NCBI GenBank assembly: GCA_051530055.1
Contig: CM121341.1
Coordinates: 11,076,784-11,140,783 of the forward strand
Direction of reading: 5' to 3'
Source of the DNA: Neoechinorhynchus agilis
Lineage: Eukaryota; Animalia; Acanthocephala
Length of the DNA stretch: 64,000 nt
Of this stretch, positions 11,866 through 24,114 are shown one piece after another. Made by a program: the position numbers and the translations under genes. Positions within the stretch are counted from its first letter, which is position 1, and each line of letters starts with the position of its first letter. Under the pieces are notes generated by a model. That model did not search any database, was not told the origin of the DNA, and saw only the letters and a program-made list of their open reading frames with translations.

Positions 11866-13129
11866 ATGGAAGACCTCAACGTCCCGTCGACGCAAAGATC
11901 CGTTCATGGTCGTTTATACTATCGCTATCCTTTGCCTACAGACAAAGGCGAGGTAAAACGACTATGTGAACAGTGGTTTCCCGTTTTGTACCACGATATT
12001 TGGTACACTGAAATCGTGCAGCCGGATTCGCACTTCTTTTCGCTATGCTCGTGCGTTCAAACTGAAAATGACGGTGAACGAATAATCGGCCTTATAGTGG
12101 CAGAACTGAAATATCTGCGCAATTGCAATTCAGAAGATCGATATGAAATCTTGGACGAAGAAATCTTTGATCCGCAAACGACTTGTGTTTGCTATATTCT
12201 TACTCTTGGCGTTTGTGAAGATTTTCGGCGGCTAGGCGTGGCTAGCGGACTAGGCTAAGGTGAATAAGCTGGCCGAATCGGCCTTATTGGAACGGCATAG
12301 AAAATCGTTCGACGTCGAATAAGAATTTATCAATACCATTTGGGCGTTTTTGCTTCAGACAAATTGTGAGTGGCTAATTTCGTATAGAGAAATCCTAAAT
12401 TAGTGCCATGATTGGTTTTTTACAAACACTACAACCTTTTCTTCATTCCCCCCCCGAACTCCGATGAAAAAAACATTGTAAAACAATTGTTCATCTTTAT
12501 ATATTTCATTTGGTGGTATAGAGATTGATTTATTAATTCCTTTTTTGACAATATTTCATCAATTTCGTAGGACTTCTTCAGGTTGTAAAAGGTAGGTCAG
12601 GTTGGCTTTATTCTAAGGAAATCAGTGAATTATTCTCTATTTCTTATCATCAAACAAGAACATTGTTTTAAACGAAACTCTGTGAAATTCTGAAATCGTT
12701 TCAAAAATTCATCAAAAGATTTCAAAGCTTTATTTCGCCAGCTTGATCACAGCCATACTCGACCAACTTTTCACGTTGTACATAAAAAGGAGCTGTGAAC
12801 CTTGCCGAGCTGTTTATCTTCACGTACTCGACACAAACGATGCAGCTATTAATTTCTATGAAAGGTCGGGATTTAACCGACGTACTCATCTTCAAAACTA
12901 TTACAAAATCGACTGTGAATACAGAGCTGCGTTTTGCTATGTTCTTTATATAAACGAAGGACAACCGCCTCAAAGATGCACATCGACAACAAATTCACGC
13001 CGGTTCCCTTGGTCATCTTTACTTTGCCTGTTAACTCGTTGGCTAATGAATTTGTTCTCGAAACTCAAAACAAAGGTGAGTCCGAACCAGGACAACGCAG
13101 TGTCCATTGCAAGCAGCTTACAGGGATAA
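11866..13129 (+). CDS. NAA60: N-alpha-acetyltransferase 60 (NatF), two coding blocks separated by ~480 bp
   Basis: LCEQWFPV.Y...WY..I, IIGLIVAE, YILTLGV.EDFRRLGVA (acetyl-CoA motif), RAVYLHVLDTNDAAINFYERSGF, YY.I...AFCYVLYINEGQPP. Splice sites ambiguous. Confidence 0.85.
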
Positions 13130-13499
13130 GTGAATTGGAGTTTTGGTTCCCCATCACGGTTTATCATCAGGTAGTTTAGCTTTAATTAAACGAGACAGCG
13201 ACTAATTACAAATCGACAACAACGTTTTTTGTAAAATTATAATTAAACGATTACGAAGTCTACTATGGTTGGTGGAATCAATTGCGTACTTTAGAGCTAT
13301 TTAACCAATCCAATAATTTGAGGTTTCAATTCTGCGCTCTTGTAGTAATCAGAGATTATGATAAGAAACTCTATCCTACCTCATTGAATACGTACTTCGC
13401 AATCTCGCCTGATGTATAATAATCTTTAGGGCGGTCGGAATTTGACCATATCTAATTTTATAAGTTATTAAGAAATGTTTTGAGCCGATAACTGATATC

Positions 13500-16290
13500 C
13501 ATAAAGTTGATCGCCAGTAGATTGATTATTTGGTGTACTTTTGTCATGCTTTATACAATTTAGATTCAATGCTGAAAAACCTACCCATCGAAATTGTTTA
13601 TTATTGTTATTTTGTTTCTAATTTACAAGGTAACCTTTGTTGAACTTCTTTTGCTCACTTGGTATGTCATCTAGATTACAAAGTATTTTAAAAATATCTA
13701 TATTTTTATGTCAAAGCGATCGTTTTCTCATGGCGCTTAAAAGCATAATATCCTATTAAACGATACGAGTGGTAGTTGTTTACTGGGACGCTTTGGTATC
13801 TCCTATGTATAAAGTTGATCTCGATTATTTTGTGTGATTTTGTCATGCTTTATACAATTTGGATTCAATGCTGAAAAACCTACCCATCGAAATTGTTTAT
13901 TATTGTTATTTTGTTTCTAATTTACAAGGTAACCTTTGTTGAACTTCTTTTGCTCACTTGGTATGTCATCTAGATTACAAAGTATTTTAAAAATATCTAT
14001 ATTTTTAGTGGTCAAAGCGATCGTTTTCTCATGGCGCTTAAAAGCATAATATCCTATTAAACGATACGAGTGGTAGTTGTTTACTGGGACGCTTTGGTAT
14101 CTCCTATGTATAAAGTTGATCTCGATTATTTTGTGTGATTTTGTCATGCTTTATACAATTTGGATTCAATGCTGAAAAACCTACCCATCGAAATTGTTTA
14201 TTATTGTTATTTTGTTTCTAATTTACAAGGTAACCTTTGTTGAACTTCTTTTGCTCACTTGGTATGTCATCTAGATTACAAAGTATTTTAAAAATATCTA
14301 TATTTTTAGTGGTCAAAGCGATCGTTTTCTCATGGCGCTTAAAAGCATAATATCCTATTAAACGATACGAGTGGTAGTTGTTTACTGGGACGCTTTGGTA
14401 TCTCCTATGTATAAAGTTGATCTCGATTATTTTGTGTGATTTTGTCATGCTTTATACAATTTGGATTCAATGCTGAAAAACCTACCAGGCGAAATTGTTT
14501 ATTATTGTTATTTTGTTTCTAATTTACAAGGTAACCTTTGTTGAACTTCTTTTGCTCACTTGGTATGTCATCTAGATTACAAAGTATTTTAAAAATATCT
14601 ATATTTTTATGTCAAAGCGATCGTTTTCTCATGGCGCTTAAAAGCATAATATCCTATTAAACGATACGAGTGGTAGTTGTTTACTGGGACGCTTTGGTAT
14701 CTCCTATGTATAAAGTTGATCTCGATTATTTTGTGTGATTTTGTCATGCTTTATACAATTTGGATTCAATGCTGAAAAACCTACCCATCGAAATTGTTTA
14801 TTATTGTTATTTTGTTTCTAATTTACAAGGTAACCTTTGTTGAACTTCTTTTGCTCACTTGGTATGTCATCTAGATTACAAAGTATTTTAAAAATATCTA
14901 TTTTTAGTGGTCAAAGCGATCGTTTTCTCATGCGCTTAAAAGCATAATATCCTATTAAACGATACGAGTGGTAGTTGTTTACTGGGACGCTTTGGTATCT
15001 CCTATGTATAAAGTTGATCTCGATTATTTTGTGTGATTTTGTCATGCTTTATACAATTTGGATTCAATGCTGAAAAACCTACCCATCGAAATTGTTTATT
15101 ATTGTTATTTTGTTTCTAATTTACAAGGTAACCTTTGTTGAACTTCTTTTGCTCACTTGGTATGTCATCTAGATTACAAAGTATTTTAAAAATATCTATA
15201 TTTTTATGTCAAAGCGATCGTTTTCTCATGGCGCTTAAAAGCATAATATCCTATTAAACGATACGAGTGGTAGTTGTTTACTGGGACGCTTTGGTATCTC
15301 ATGTATAAAGTTGATCTCGATTATTTGTGTGATTTTGTCATGCTTTATACAATTTGGATTCAATGCTGAAAAACCTACCCATCGAAATTGTTTATTATTG
15401 TTATTTTGTTTCTAATTTACAAGGTAACCTTTGTTGAACTTCTTTTGCTCACTTGGTATGTCATCTAGATTACAAAGTATTTTAAAAATATCTATATTTT
15501 TAGTGGTCAAAGCGATCGTTTTCTCATGGCGCTTAAAAGCATAATATCCTATTAAACGATACGAGTGGTAGTTGTTTACTGGGACGCTTTGGTATCTCCT
15601 ATGTATAAAGTTGATCTCGATTATTTTGTGTGATTTTGTCATGCTTTATACAATTTGGATTCAATGCTGAAAAACCTACCCATCGAAATTGTTTATTATT
15701 GTTATTTTGTTTCTAATTTACAAGGTAACCTTTGTTGAACTTCTTTTGCTCACTTGGTATGTCATCTAGATTACAAAGTATTTTAAAAATATCTATATTT
15801 TTAGTGGTCAAAGCGATCGTTTTCTCATGGCGCTTAAAAGCATAATATCCTATTAAACGATACGAGTGGTAGTTGTTTACTGGGACGCTTTGGTATCTCC
15901 TATGTATAAAGTTGATCTCGATTATTTTGTGTGATTTTGTCATGCTTTATACAATTTGGATTCAATGCTGAAAAACCTACCCATCGAAATTGTTTATTAT
16001 TGTTATTTTGTTTCTAATTTACAAGGTAACCTTTGTTGAACTTCTTTTGCTCACTTGGTATGTCATCTAGATTACAAAGTATTTAAAAAATATCTATATT
16101 TTATATGTCCAAGCGATCGTTTTCTCATGGCGCTTAAAAGTATAATCTCCTATTAAACGATACGAGTGGTAGTTGTATATTGGGACGCTTTGGTATCTCC
16201 TATGTATAAAGTTGATCTGGATTTTTTTGTGTGATTTTGTCATGCTTTATACAATCTGGATTAAATGCTGAAAAAACTACCAGGCGAAAT
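13500..16290. repeat. Homogeneous ~300-bp tandem satellite, ~9 units
   Basis: tttacaaggtaacc recurs at ~13622, 13921, 14222, 14522, 14822, 15121, 15416, 15717 and 16018. Units are nearly identical; terminal units are diverged. Confidence 0.97.
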
Positions 16291-16854
16291 TGTTTACTAT
16301 ACTTAGAAAGCATATTAAAAATACATGGCGCATTTCTAACGTATCGGTCAGAATTGTTTCACTATTCGATCATATGCTTGGTTTTCTCAATTTCTTCGAC
16401 GGAATCCCGAAAGACTGCTAGACTTCTGGCGAGCGAAATTTCTTGAGTCCATCTGCTATTCGACTGACGATGCACCAATGTCGTTGTATTTTTGATATGG
16501 AGTGATTACTGTGGCCTTCCGATTTATAATTAGAAGTTTATTTCCTCCTCACCATAGAAATAGCATCTTAATTGCAGTGCATTATTTGCGCTGCAGGCTG
16601 TGGTTAGTAATTTTTATTTCTTAAGTTTTCGCTTTGAACCGAATACGTACTCAACCGCTGAAGTTTTGCCATGAAAATTGGAATTTCGCAGTTGGTATAA
16701 CTTCATGCTGGCAGTGGGAGACGGGTGACTGAGAATGAGTAAGTTCGGAGACTTATAAAGGAAACGCACGCGCAGAAATGCCGATTGATCTTTTTTGTTG
16801 AACTTCGAAAAGACTGTGTCGCTTTGACTCTTTATTTTAGACACTTGATCGATA

Positions 16855-17463
16855 ATGAAATTTCAATATTTTGGCGTGAGAGGTAGAGGTGAAATTACAC
16901 GTTTGATTGCTGCCGCTGCCAATGTTAAATATGAAAACGCCGTCGTCAATCTTAAGGAGTGGTCTGAATTGAAATCATCGACGCCTCTTGGGCAACTTCC
17001 ACTTCTAACATTGGACGACGGAACGGTACTTCCTCAGAGTTTGAGCATCGCTCGTTACCTTGCAACAGAACATGGACTCGCTGGCGGTAGTTGTTTTGAA
17101 AGCGCAAAAATTGACGCAGTCGTGGACACGGCATTGGACGGGAACATCGTTTATGGAGAAGTCAAATATGATTTCAAAGGTGAAGAACAAGAACGCGAAA
17201 TTGCCAAATTTAAAAACAACACAATTCCTCTTGTTCTTAAACGACTAGAGAAATTGAAGAGTATGTATGGTAGCTCAAAGTATATGGTCGGCACCAAACT
17301 CTCCTGGGCTGATCTTTATGTTTTTGATACCCTAGAGAACTTTGAGGAATATGATAAGGAGGAAGTTGCAAAACATGAAAAACTGTTGGCGGTCCGGGAA
17401 GCGGTGAAGGAAAATGAGGGAATTTCAGCATATCTGGCCACCCGCAAACCTGATGAAATTTAA
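16855..17463 (+). CDS. Glutathione S-transferase, sigma-like, intronless, 202 aa
   Basis: QYFGVRGRGEITRL (catalytic Tyr), TPLGQLPLL, LPQSLSIARYLA, LSWADLYVF, YLATRK. TATAAA at ~16755. Confidence 0.93.
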   Translation: MKFQYFGVRGRGEITRLIAAAANVKYENAVVNLKEWSELKSSTPLGQLPLLTLDDGTVLPQSLSIARYLATEHGLAGGSCFESAKIDAVVDTALDGNIVYGEVKYDFKGEEQEREIAKFKNNTIPLVLKRLEKLKSMYGSSKYMVGTKLSWADLYVFDTLENFEEYDKEEVAKHEKLLAVREAVKENEGISAYLATRKPDEI

Positions 17464-17519
17464 CATTTTATTTTATGGAAAAATTAAAGTGGCGGTTTTG
17501 TGAACCAAGGGAGTTGTAG

Positions 17520-18280
17520 CGCTCACAACATGGCGCAGGCAAGAGAAATTTCATAGTATTGCCATAAAAACCGATTTCCAGGGGCCTCAAACAAATGCTC
17601 CTTTTGTGTTCTTAACGTTTTTCCAATCCCGTCGATTTGCGCTAAAATTGATGACCGCTCCTTTGGTATGGCTTGAGCACTATGGATTTGCGTGAAGTCT
17701 TTCCTTGATTTCGTTTGCCGTCTAAACAAGAATGTTGCCTTCGAAAACATGGCAGGCACTTCATAGATATCAAATTCTCGGCCGACATAAACGTGTCCCT
17801 GTTCAATTTTAAAAGACCCAAACATTGATAACACAGAGAACGAGATAGTTTTGCATCACTTAAACGAACATCATCGATCCCTGCAACCTCGATATCATCT
17901 TCTCGCTCCGTTCCTTGCATAAGAAGGAAGTTTATCCCCTTTTGGATCTCATTTCTGGACAAAGCACAGTGGCGAATCGTGATTGCGACGGGTTCTCCGT
18001 CAGCACCGTGGACAGAACTTTGATTGTCGGATTGTTTCTCGCTTCGTATTCGGACAATAGACCGGCAATATTCCCACGAAGTATCGCAAGACCTTAAATG
18101 GATGATAATTCGCAGTCGACAGAGAATTTTACTTGCTCGTTCCGTTCCACGAGACTAATCCCATCTCCCATTCATCAACTTTCTAGCTTTGTTGCACCGA
18201 TTTTCCTCTATCGATTTCATTACTTCTCGTTTCTTTGCAAGGCTCAGTGCTGATGTTTTAAATTTTACTGGGACGTAAAT
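17520..18280 (-). mobile_element. Possible decayed pogo/Tigger-like transposase
   Basis: Minus-strand LSLAKKREVMKSIEENRCNKARK resembles the CENP-B/psq HTH start. AENLISMKCLP...GKTSRKSIVLKP loosely resembles the DDE region. Heavily disrupted. Confidence 0.35.
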
Positions 18281-18824
18281 GTTAATCCGTTTGTGGAAAT
18301 TCGATTTGACATCGATACACTGAAATCTTTTATTTTCACAATAAATGAGGTCTTAAATTCACGCGCGCAATGGCGTGGAAATGTAAGCAAGATTTTTTTA
18401 ATGATTAATGATCGATGGAGCCTTACTGATTTGATGACGTTAAACGAAGAATTATTTAAGCCCGGCGATTATTTCGATTTCAAGTCGAGAAGCGCTCAAT
18501 TCTCCCAAAATTCGATCATTTCTATAGAAAATTAATTCAAAAAACGTTCAGCCCTCCTTAGTTTGTTGACTTCGATAAATCGATTTCTTAGATTTAACGT
18601 TTTCTAATCAGCAGAACTAAAGTTCTAAATCATATTTTTAATTCAAGTTCGATGACGAGACAAATCCGCTTAAGCAAAATGCGAGAATGCAAAAATTTAA
18701 AACGTAAGTTACGGGAAATATATTTTATTTCGTCACAAGATATAACGGAATTCCTGCCGCCATAAAACAAAAGATTGAATGATTTGTCTTTTTTCGTGAT
18801 CCCGATCGCCAATGATGCACAACC

Positions 18825-18900
18825 AAAAGGGGACGAAATACCGCTGAAGGGAGGAAACTCACTGATGAGTCCCGCATCTTGGAGGTATCTGAGGATCCGG
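18825..18900 (-). mobile_element. Isolated LINE ORF 3'-end remnant, same family as ~1300
   Basis: Minus strand reads RILRYLQDAGLISEFPPFSGIS, matching ILRYLQEAGLIGKFPPFSGIS at 1303. Confidence 0.75.
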
Positions 18901-19116
18901 CGGCAGTACTTCGAGTAATTGAATTACTACTCTGAACCAGGTCGGTGGGCTGTGTGCCCAAAATTTAACAGCCGTGTGTAATAGGCTACAAATCGATATA
19001 AGTTACCGGCCGGCCAATCTTCATAAAAATTTGTCTTTTTTGTCTTCAACGCAAAAAAAACACTCCCATAATCGATATCATACGCAACGCGTTGATCAAA
19101 ACGCAAATGTCAATCG

Positions 19117-19130
19117 TTGACGTCACCATC
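19117..19130 (+). promoter_or_regulatory. TTGACGTCACCATC (CRE/ATF palindrome plus flank) upstream of the homeobox-like gene
   Basis: The identical 14-mer lies at the equivalent position (24761-24774, minus strand) upstream of the paralog. Confidence 0.55.
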
Positions 19131-19370
19131 GCAGTTCTAATTTAGATTTTGAGCATTTTAGTCAATTTTTTGATGACGTAAAGATCGCTGAACTCCATAT
19201 CAATAAATAAATCTCAAGAATTGATATACCAACAATAAATATATTTTACGAACAATTAACCGAATATTTGTGACTGCTTGAGATGATGTTAAGCTGAACG
19301 GCGGTATCCTTGTTAAACCAAGAAACTCACGAAACGAAATACCGATTTAAAATATTCTCAAACCGAAAAT

Positions 19371-19787
19371 ATGGCTCAAAACGGACACAGTCAATCTTTT
19401 GGTACTGATCAATTCTCGGAAATGGACCAGGCATATTTAGAAATGACATATCAGGAAAATCCGATGCCGAACCAGGAGAGGATTAATAGAATCGCGCAGT
19501 TCATTGGAAATGATCCCGGATCGGTTCAAATGTGGTATTATTTGAGAAGGCGTCGAATGGTGAATCCGAGTACGTCACTTAGACTACTTTTGAATTGCCT
19601 CATCAGTTTAAGAATTGCTCAACGATTAGCAATTCATCGGCAATTCGCGCCTCAATTCCTTGTGGATTCGTATTTGCCTCGAAGACCGCCCGAGAATGGA
19701 TTAATAGAAGCCGGTGATCTGTTTCGGCAATACGAGAGGACAATACAAATAGAAAGCGATTCTGAGAGCGACAGTTCAGAAGAGTAA
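19371..19787 (+). CDS. Atypical homeodomain-like protein, 138 aa
   Basis: QFSEMDQAYLEMTYQENPMPNQERINRIAQFIGNDPGSVQMWYYLRRRR follows homeodomain spacing (F8, L16, P26, W48, R52/R53), but WFQN is replaced by WYYL. Acidic C-terminus. Confidence 0.7.
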   Translation: MAQNGHSQSFGTDQFSEMDQAYLEMTYQENPMPNQERINRIAQFIGNDPGSVQMWYYLRRRRMVNPSTSLRLLLNCLISLRIAQRLAIHRQFAPQFLVDSYLPRRPPENGLIEAGDLFRQYERTIQIESDSESDSSEE

Positions 19788-19852
19788 CGAATAAGGATTG
19801 CACTTTATTTATAAGACTATTTATTATTTGCGAAAAACAATCTACTTTATTC

Positions 19853-20720
19853 TTATAGGTATTCTTTTAAATGGTCATCTAAACTTTCTGTACCGCTAGA
19901 ACTACATTGATCGCCCTGCGTTTTGTCTATTAATTGATTTGTATCCACCAATGATTGGTTTTCAAATTCTCCATCATCTTTACTTCTAACAGAAGTTATG
20001 CGAGTTACGCTGGATTTTTCATCATATCGCAAGTACGCATCAGCATCGTAAAATGAAGTGAAACCTTCGATATCCGATGATGAGGGATAAATACCCTTTG
20101 TGTTAGTATCATGGCTGGAAACCAGTGAACCTATAGCCGATTGACAGAGACCAAATCTCTTAGCCGTGAGTACAACGGATGAAACGTCCGTTTTCGCTGA
20201 ATCGGCGGCTTGTTCAATAGCACGTTCAAGATCGTGTTCAATACAATCCATCTTAAAGTGTGCGCTTAGAAGCTCATCGTTGGTACCAATAATATTATCG
20301 CTGATCCGTAGCGTTTTCGCTGAAGTCTTTAAATCAACCATCTCATTCTAATTGCAACCCTCTGAGATTGTTGACACTTACTAACAAATCTTCTAATGCA
20401 ATCTGATCATTGCACAGTGTAATTGCAGCACAGTATTCATCGACAGCCTTTTGAAAAGCGCTAAATGTATCCATCTTCCCCTCTTTGGTTTTTTGATTCA
20501 TCGTTTCAGCACACAGAATTTCGTCAATAAGTAATCTCATCCGGCCAACTGCATCTAACATCATTTCGCGCGAGGAAATACAATTCGCATTCTTTAATCT
20601 TTCTAATAAATCTTGAAGTTCCGTATTGATATCACCCATTCTTATTGGTTCTGAAAAAGAAATCGATTCCATTGAATATCCATAAATATAGAGAAGAAAG
20701 TGTATTAGGAATTTTCGCAT
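19853..20720 (-). CDS. Hypothetical helical protein split into two adjacent ORFs (frameshift, pseudogene or sequence error)
   Basis: ORFs 20343-20720 and 19853-20341 abut with a 1-nt offset at gaa tga g atg gtt. Removing one base gives ...LQLEEMVDLK... Confidence 0.5.
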
Positions 20721-20914
20721 TGTTTGAACATTGCTACATAATAAATGAAAGGCTCGAAAACATTTCCTTTAAAAATTGGTTATTGAATTCTAGAGTACTT
20801 TAAAAAGAAACGTCAAATCGACATTTCTATTTCGGAATTTCTCAATCGTCACTGAACGCTGTGAATATCATTTTATTATGATAATTTTTAACATACTATA
20901 TTGTCACTGGTTTC

Positions 20915-21180
20915 AATTTGCCGCATCAGCAGCTGAGCTTCGTAAGGTTGCAAAATACGCCGATTTTACAAATTCTTATCATTTTGTCCCCTTCGCAGTG
21001 GAAACCTTAGGAGCTTTCGGACGTGCGGCGAGGAGTTTTGTTCTCGAACTGGGGCATCGCCTGATCAACTCGACCAATGACAGGAGGGCTCGCTCGTTCC
21101 TAGTACAGAACATATCCTTGGCTATCCAGCGAGGAAACGCAGCGAGTGTCGTGGGGACGGTGAAGGACAATTCAGAATAA
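20915..21180 (+). mobile_element. CRE-clade 3' fragment of a different subfamily, followed by A-rich sequence
   Basis: AASAAELRKVAKY...FVPFAVETLGAFG...SLAIQRGNAASVVGT*. Confidence 0.85.
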
Positions 21181-21609
21181 TATAAGTTAACTTTTTAAAA
21201 AAAAAGCTTATTATAATAGAAAAAAAAATTTTAAAATGCTTTTAATTAAAACCGTAAGTCTTCCTTCAACACTAAAATTTCTGATCCAGCATTGTGGAAA
21301 TTCTATAGTTTCACGATATGTGTTCGATGTTCCGTGATTAGGCTCCATAGAAAATCTATAAATTATTTATGAGCATCAAAAACAAGGTTACTGCGGTATT
21401 GTTATTCGCCAAAATATCCAAAGTTGTTTAGCCATTGAAAATAATATTTCAATTGTCAAAAGGTTATAAGTTTCTAGATCGTTTTTATTCACGAGGAAAA
21501 AAGCAAAAAAAGCGATAACGTGAAATAGTTGATTTTAAATTTTTTTCTATTATTAATAGTGCATACCGCTGTCGGGATGAACTTCAGGTAGTCAAAAAAT
21601 TTCAGTATT

Positions 21610-22320
21610 CTAATTTTTGCACTTTATCTGGCTTAATAAAACTTGATACTGCCACTCTATTACGCCTGAAGCAACAATTAACATTAAAAATTTAAATTTT
21701 ATTTTCCATGATAACTTTAGAAACAGTTTACAGAGGTCACTGCTCGCAATCGTTAAGCCGTCCTTTATGTGCAAATCTAGGCATGGTAAAATCGAACTTA
21801 GTAAAGTATTCATCATTTACGATAAACGGTATTGATGCTCATGCAGTTGGCGTTGATTGGTCGGTATTAAAAGGCCGGTTTGTTAATCTTCGAAAGGAGA
21901 TACAGAAACGCAGTGGTGGTCGATGATGATCTCGTCGTATTGTGGAATTGTGGCCTTATTAGAAGCCAGTTTAATAGGTTCTTAAGGAATATGTTAAACT
22001 TAGACTCTCTATTTCGGGTGGAATTTTTGGCAAGTTTCTCAAATTTGTCCGTTTTCAGAAGTTTCAAACCGCGTTGTTATAATCGAATGTCTAATAATTT
22101 TTAGAATTTTTAGGACAATCAAAACCTACCAATAAATATACGATAAAAATTACAATCCAACGGTGAAGTATTTACAGTGTCGACAGTGATTAGATATGGA
22201 AATCCTTTGATGAAAACGTCTATCTGATTGAAGAGATTTAATGTTCCTATGACATTTGAGTACTCACCGATTGCAGCTCTAGCTTGGGAACAGAAAATGT
22301 TGCTGACAGCTACGAGCAAA
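21610..22320 (-). other. Possible multi-exon gene of unknown product
   Basis: Three closely spaced minus-strand ORFs with protein-like composition. No motif recognised. Confidence 0.25.
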
Positions 22321-24114
22321 TTATATTGCTCAATTTTTTAACTTTTATTTTCTCTTCGCTTAATTTAAGAACGTCTCACTTTTCCAACAGTGCTTAAGAC
22401 GGTTGTCTTTAAACATTTTTCTCAGGGAAGTCTTTGATTTAAACAGCAACGAAATTTCATATAATTATTTTTGTGGATGCAAAATCTCGTGAAATTGAAA
22501 ATTTCTAAGTTGAACCATAACGCAGAAATCGAAAATGTATTGTTCGAATATAATAGTTACAATAAAGCATTTTAAAATAAAACCATAATTATTAAAATTA
22601 ATATAAATATTTAAGTGGGCCTACAGGGACATGAAAGTCTCTATCGGTCGTAAGATTTAATCAACTTTTAAATTACCTGCGCTGTTTACCAGTTCATTTT
22701 TACTTATTGCAACTGTTTATACACTTTATCAGAAACGAGTGAAATAAATAGGAAAAACCGTGTCCAAATAAATGTAATAAGCAAAACATCTAAGTGTGAT
22801 TAATAATTAAATTCCGAAGAGCCTCTAAAGAATATCCTCTAAAAATTTGAACAGTTGATATTGTCCCGCTCAGCAAATGCATTTATAAAATTATCAAGAA
22901 ACAATCAAAACGCCAATCAACCCCACCACGACAATTTGTACAACATTTTATTCCCCTTTTTACATGAGCACAACACTCGCAATCGCAATTCCTTTCATCC
23001 TTCTACACTCTGAACCTCTATCTACCAGCGGTAAAATACTGGCGATATCTTTCAGTTAATTTGGAGACTGATTATTTTCATTTTGACACTTTGACTAAGA
23101 ATATCAGCACAGAGTGTATTTTTACTCTTAATTTGAGCTGCAACATTTAAAACGAACAGGATTCATAGAAGCGTAAACATATGAGTAAAATACATAAAAT
23201 TCCTTGTTCGCAATGCGAGAGTTTTACACTGTGCAGACATTTTAATAGATCAAAAAGAGAGTTTCTCAACATAGACAGCCTTGTCGTACTTTCTACTGAT
23301 CCTCGGCGATTGTGAATTATCAGGAAAAGACATTGCTCATTCGTGGCTTTAATAATACGTCTTTTACTTGCGTGGAACCTCTCCTTGCAAGAAAATTAGT
23401 ACTTGAAACCATGCAGATAGGATCCAGCCCATGAATTTTTCACCGGGAGTACAGGAATAAACATAAAATATGAAACTGAAGGTTAGTAGTTATTGCTTTC
23501 AAACTATAGTAGTAAATACTCATAAAACTGAGGTCACCAATCATGATGATTATCATTTCCCACGATGTTCGACTTGCGATAAACAAGTATCTTTAATGCG
23601 GATTTCATTTTAAAATGCCGTTAAATTGATTATTCATTTTTTGTTATGCAAGGATCGGTTGAAATTAAAGGGAAACGCCGCTTAATATTTTACTAGGCAA
23701 ACAACGTTGAGTAACTCAGATAACTTAAAGAATTGATTATTATGCGTTTTTCGAATTCATAGAGAGCGCTCGAAAACTTCTGGTATGAATCTCAGCTCTT
23801 CCTCATTTACATCGACATTCCTCGCTACATGGCGGCAATTTAACATGAAGATATTTTAAATCTCATTTTTTGAATTTTACGTTATATATTGTCGTAAATT
23901 TGACGCCATATTCATTCTAAAATTATCAATAAATATTCATGGAATAGTTTCTTTGGTAGAATCAATAATATATTTTTGTTCAATTCAAAAGGAATTATCC
24001 TAAACGAATTTAAACATCTACATAAAAGCCTCTTCTTTTATTTATAAATCAACATCAAGACAATTCTTTTGAATAAAGTGTGATTTTAAGTTCACATGCC
24101 TTTATTCTCTGCTT

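Noticed and set aside
13917-15943. Repeated 76-aa ORFs (MTKSHKII...)
   Set aside because: By-product of the satellite. Open only in some units, disrupted by indels in others, and no recognisable domain.
18829-18873. Type II hammerhead-like arrangement GGGAC-GAAA...CTGATGA-GTCCC
   Set aside because: No stems I/III or NUH cleavage site can form between the motifs. Homologous copies (1300, 53350, 53600) break the core, and the opposite strand encodes the LINE C-terminus ILRYLQDAGLISEF.
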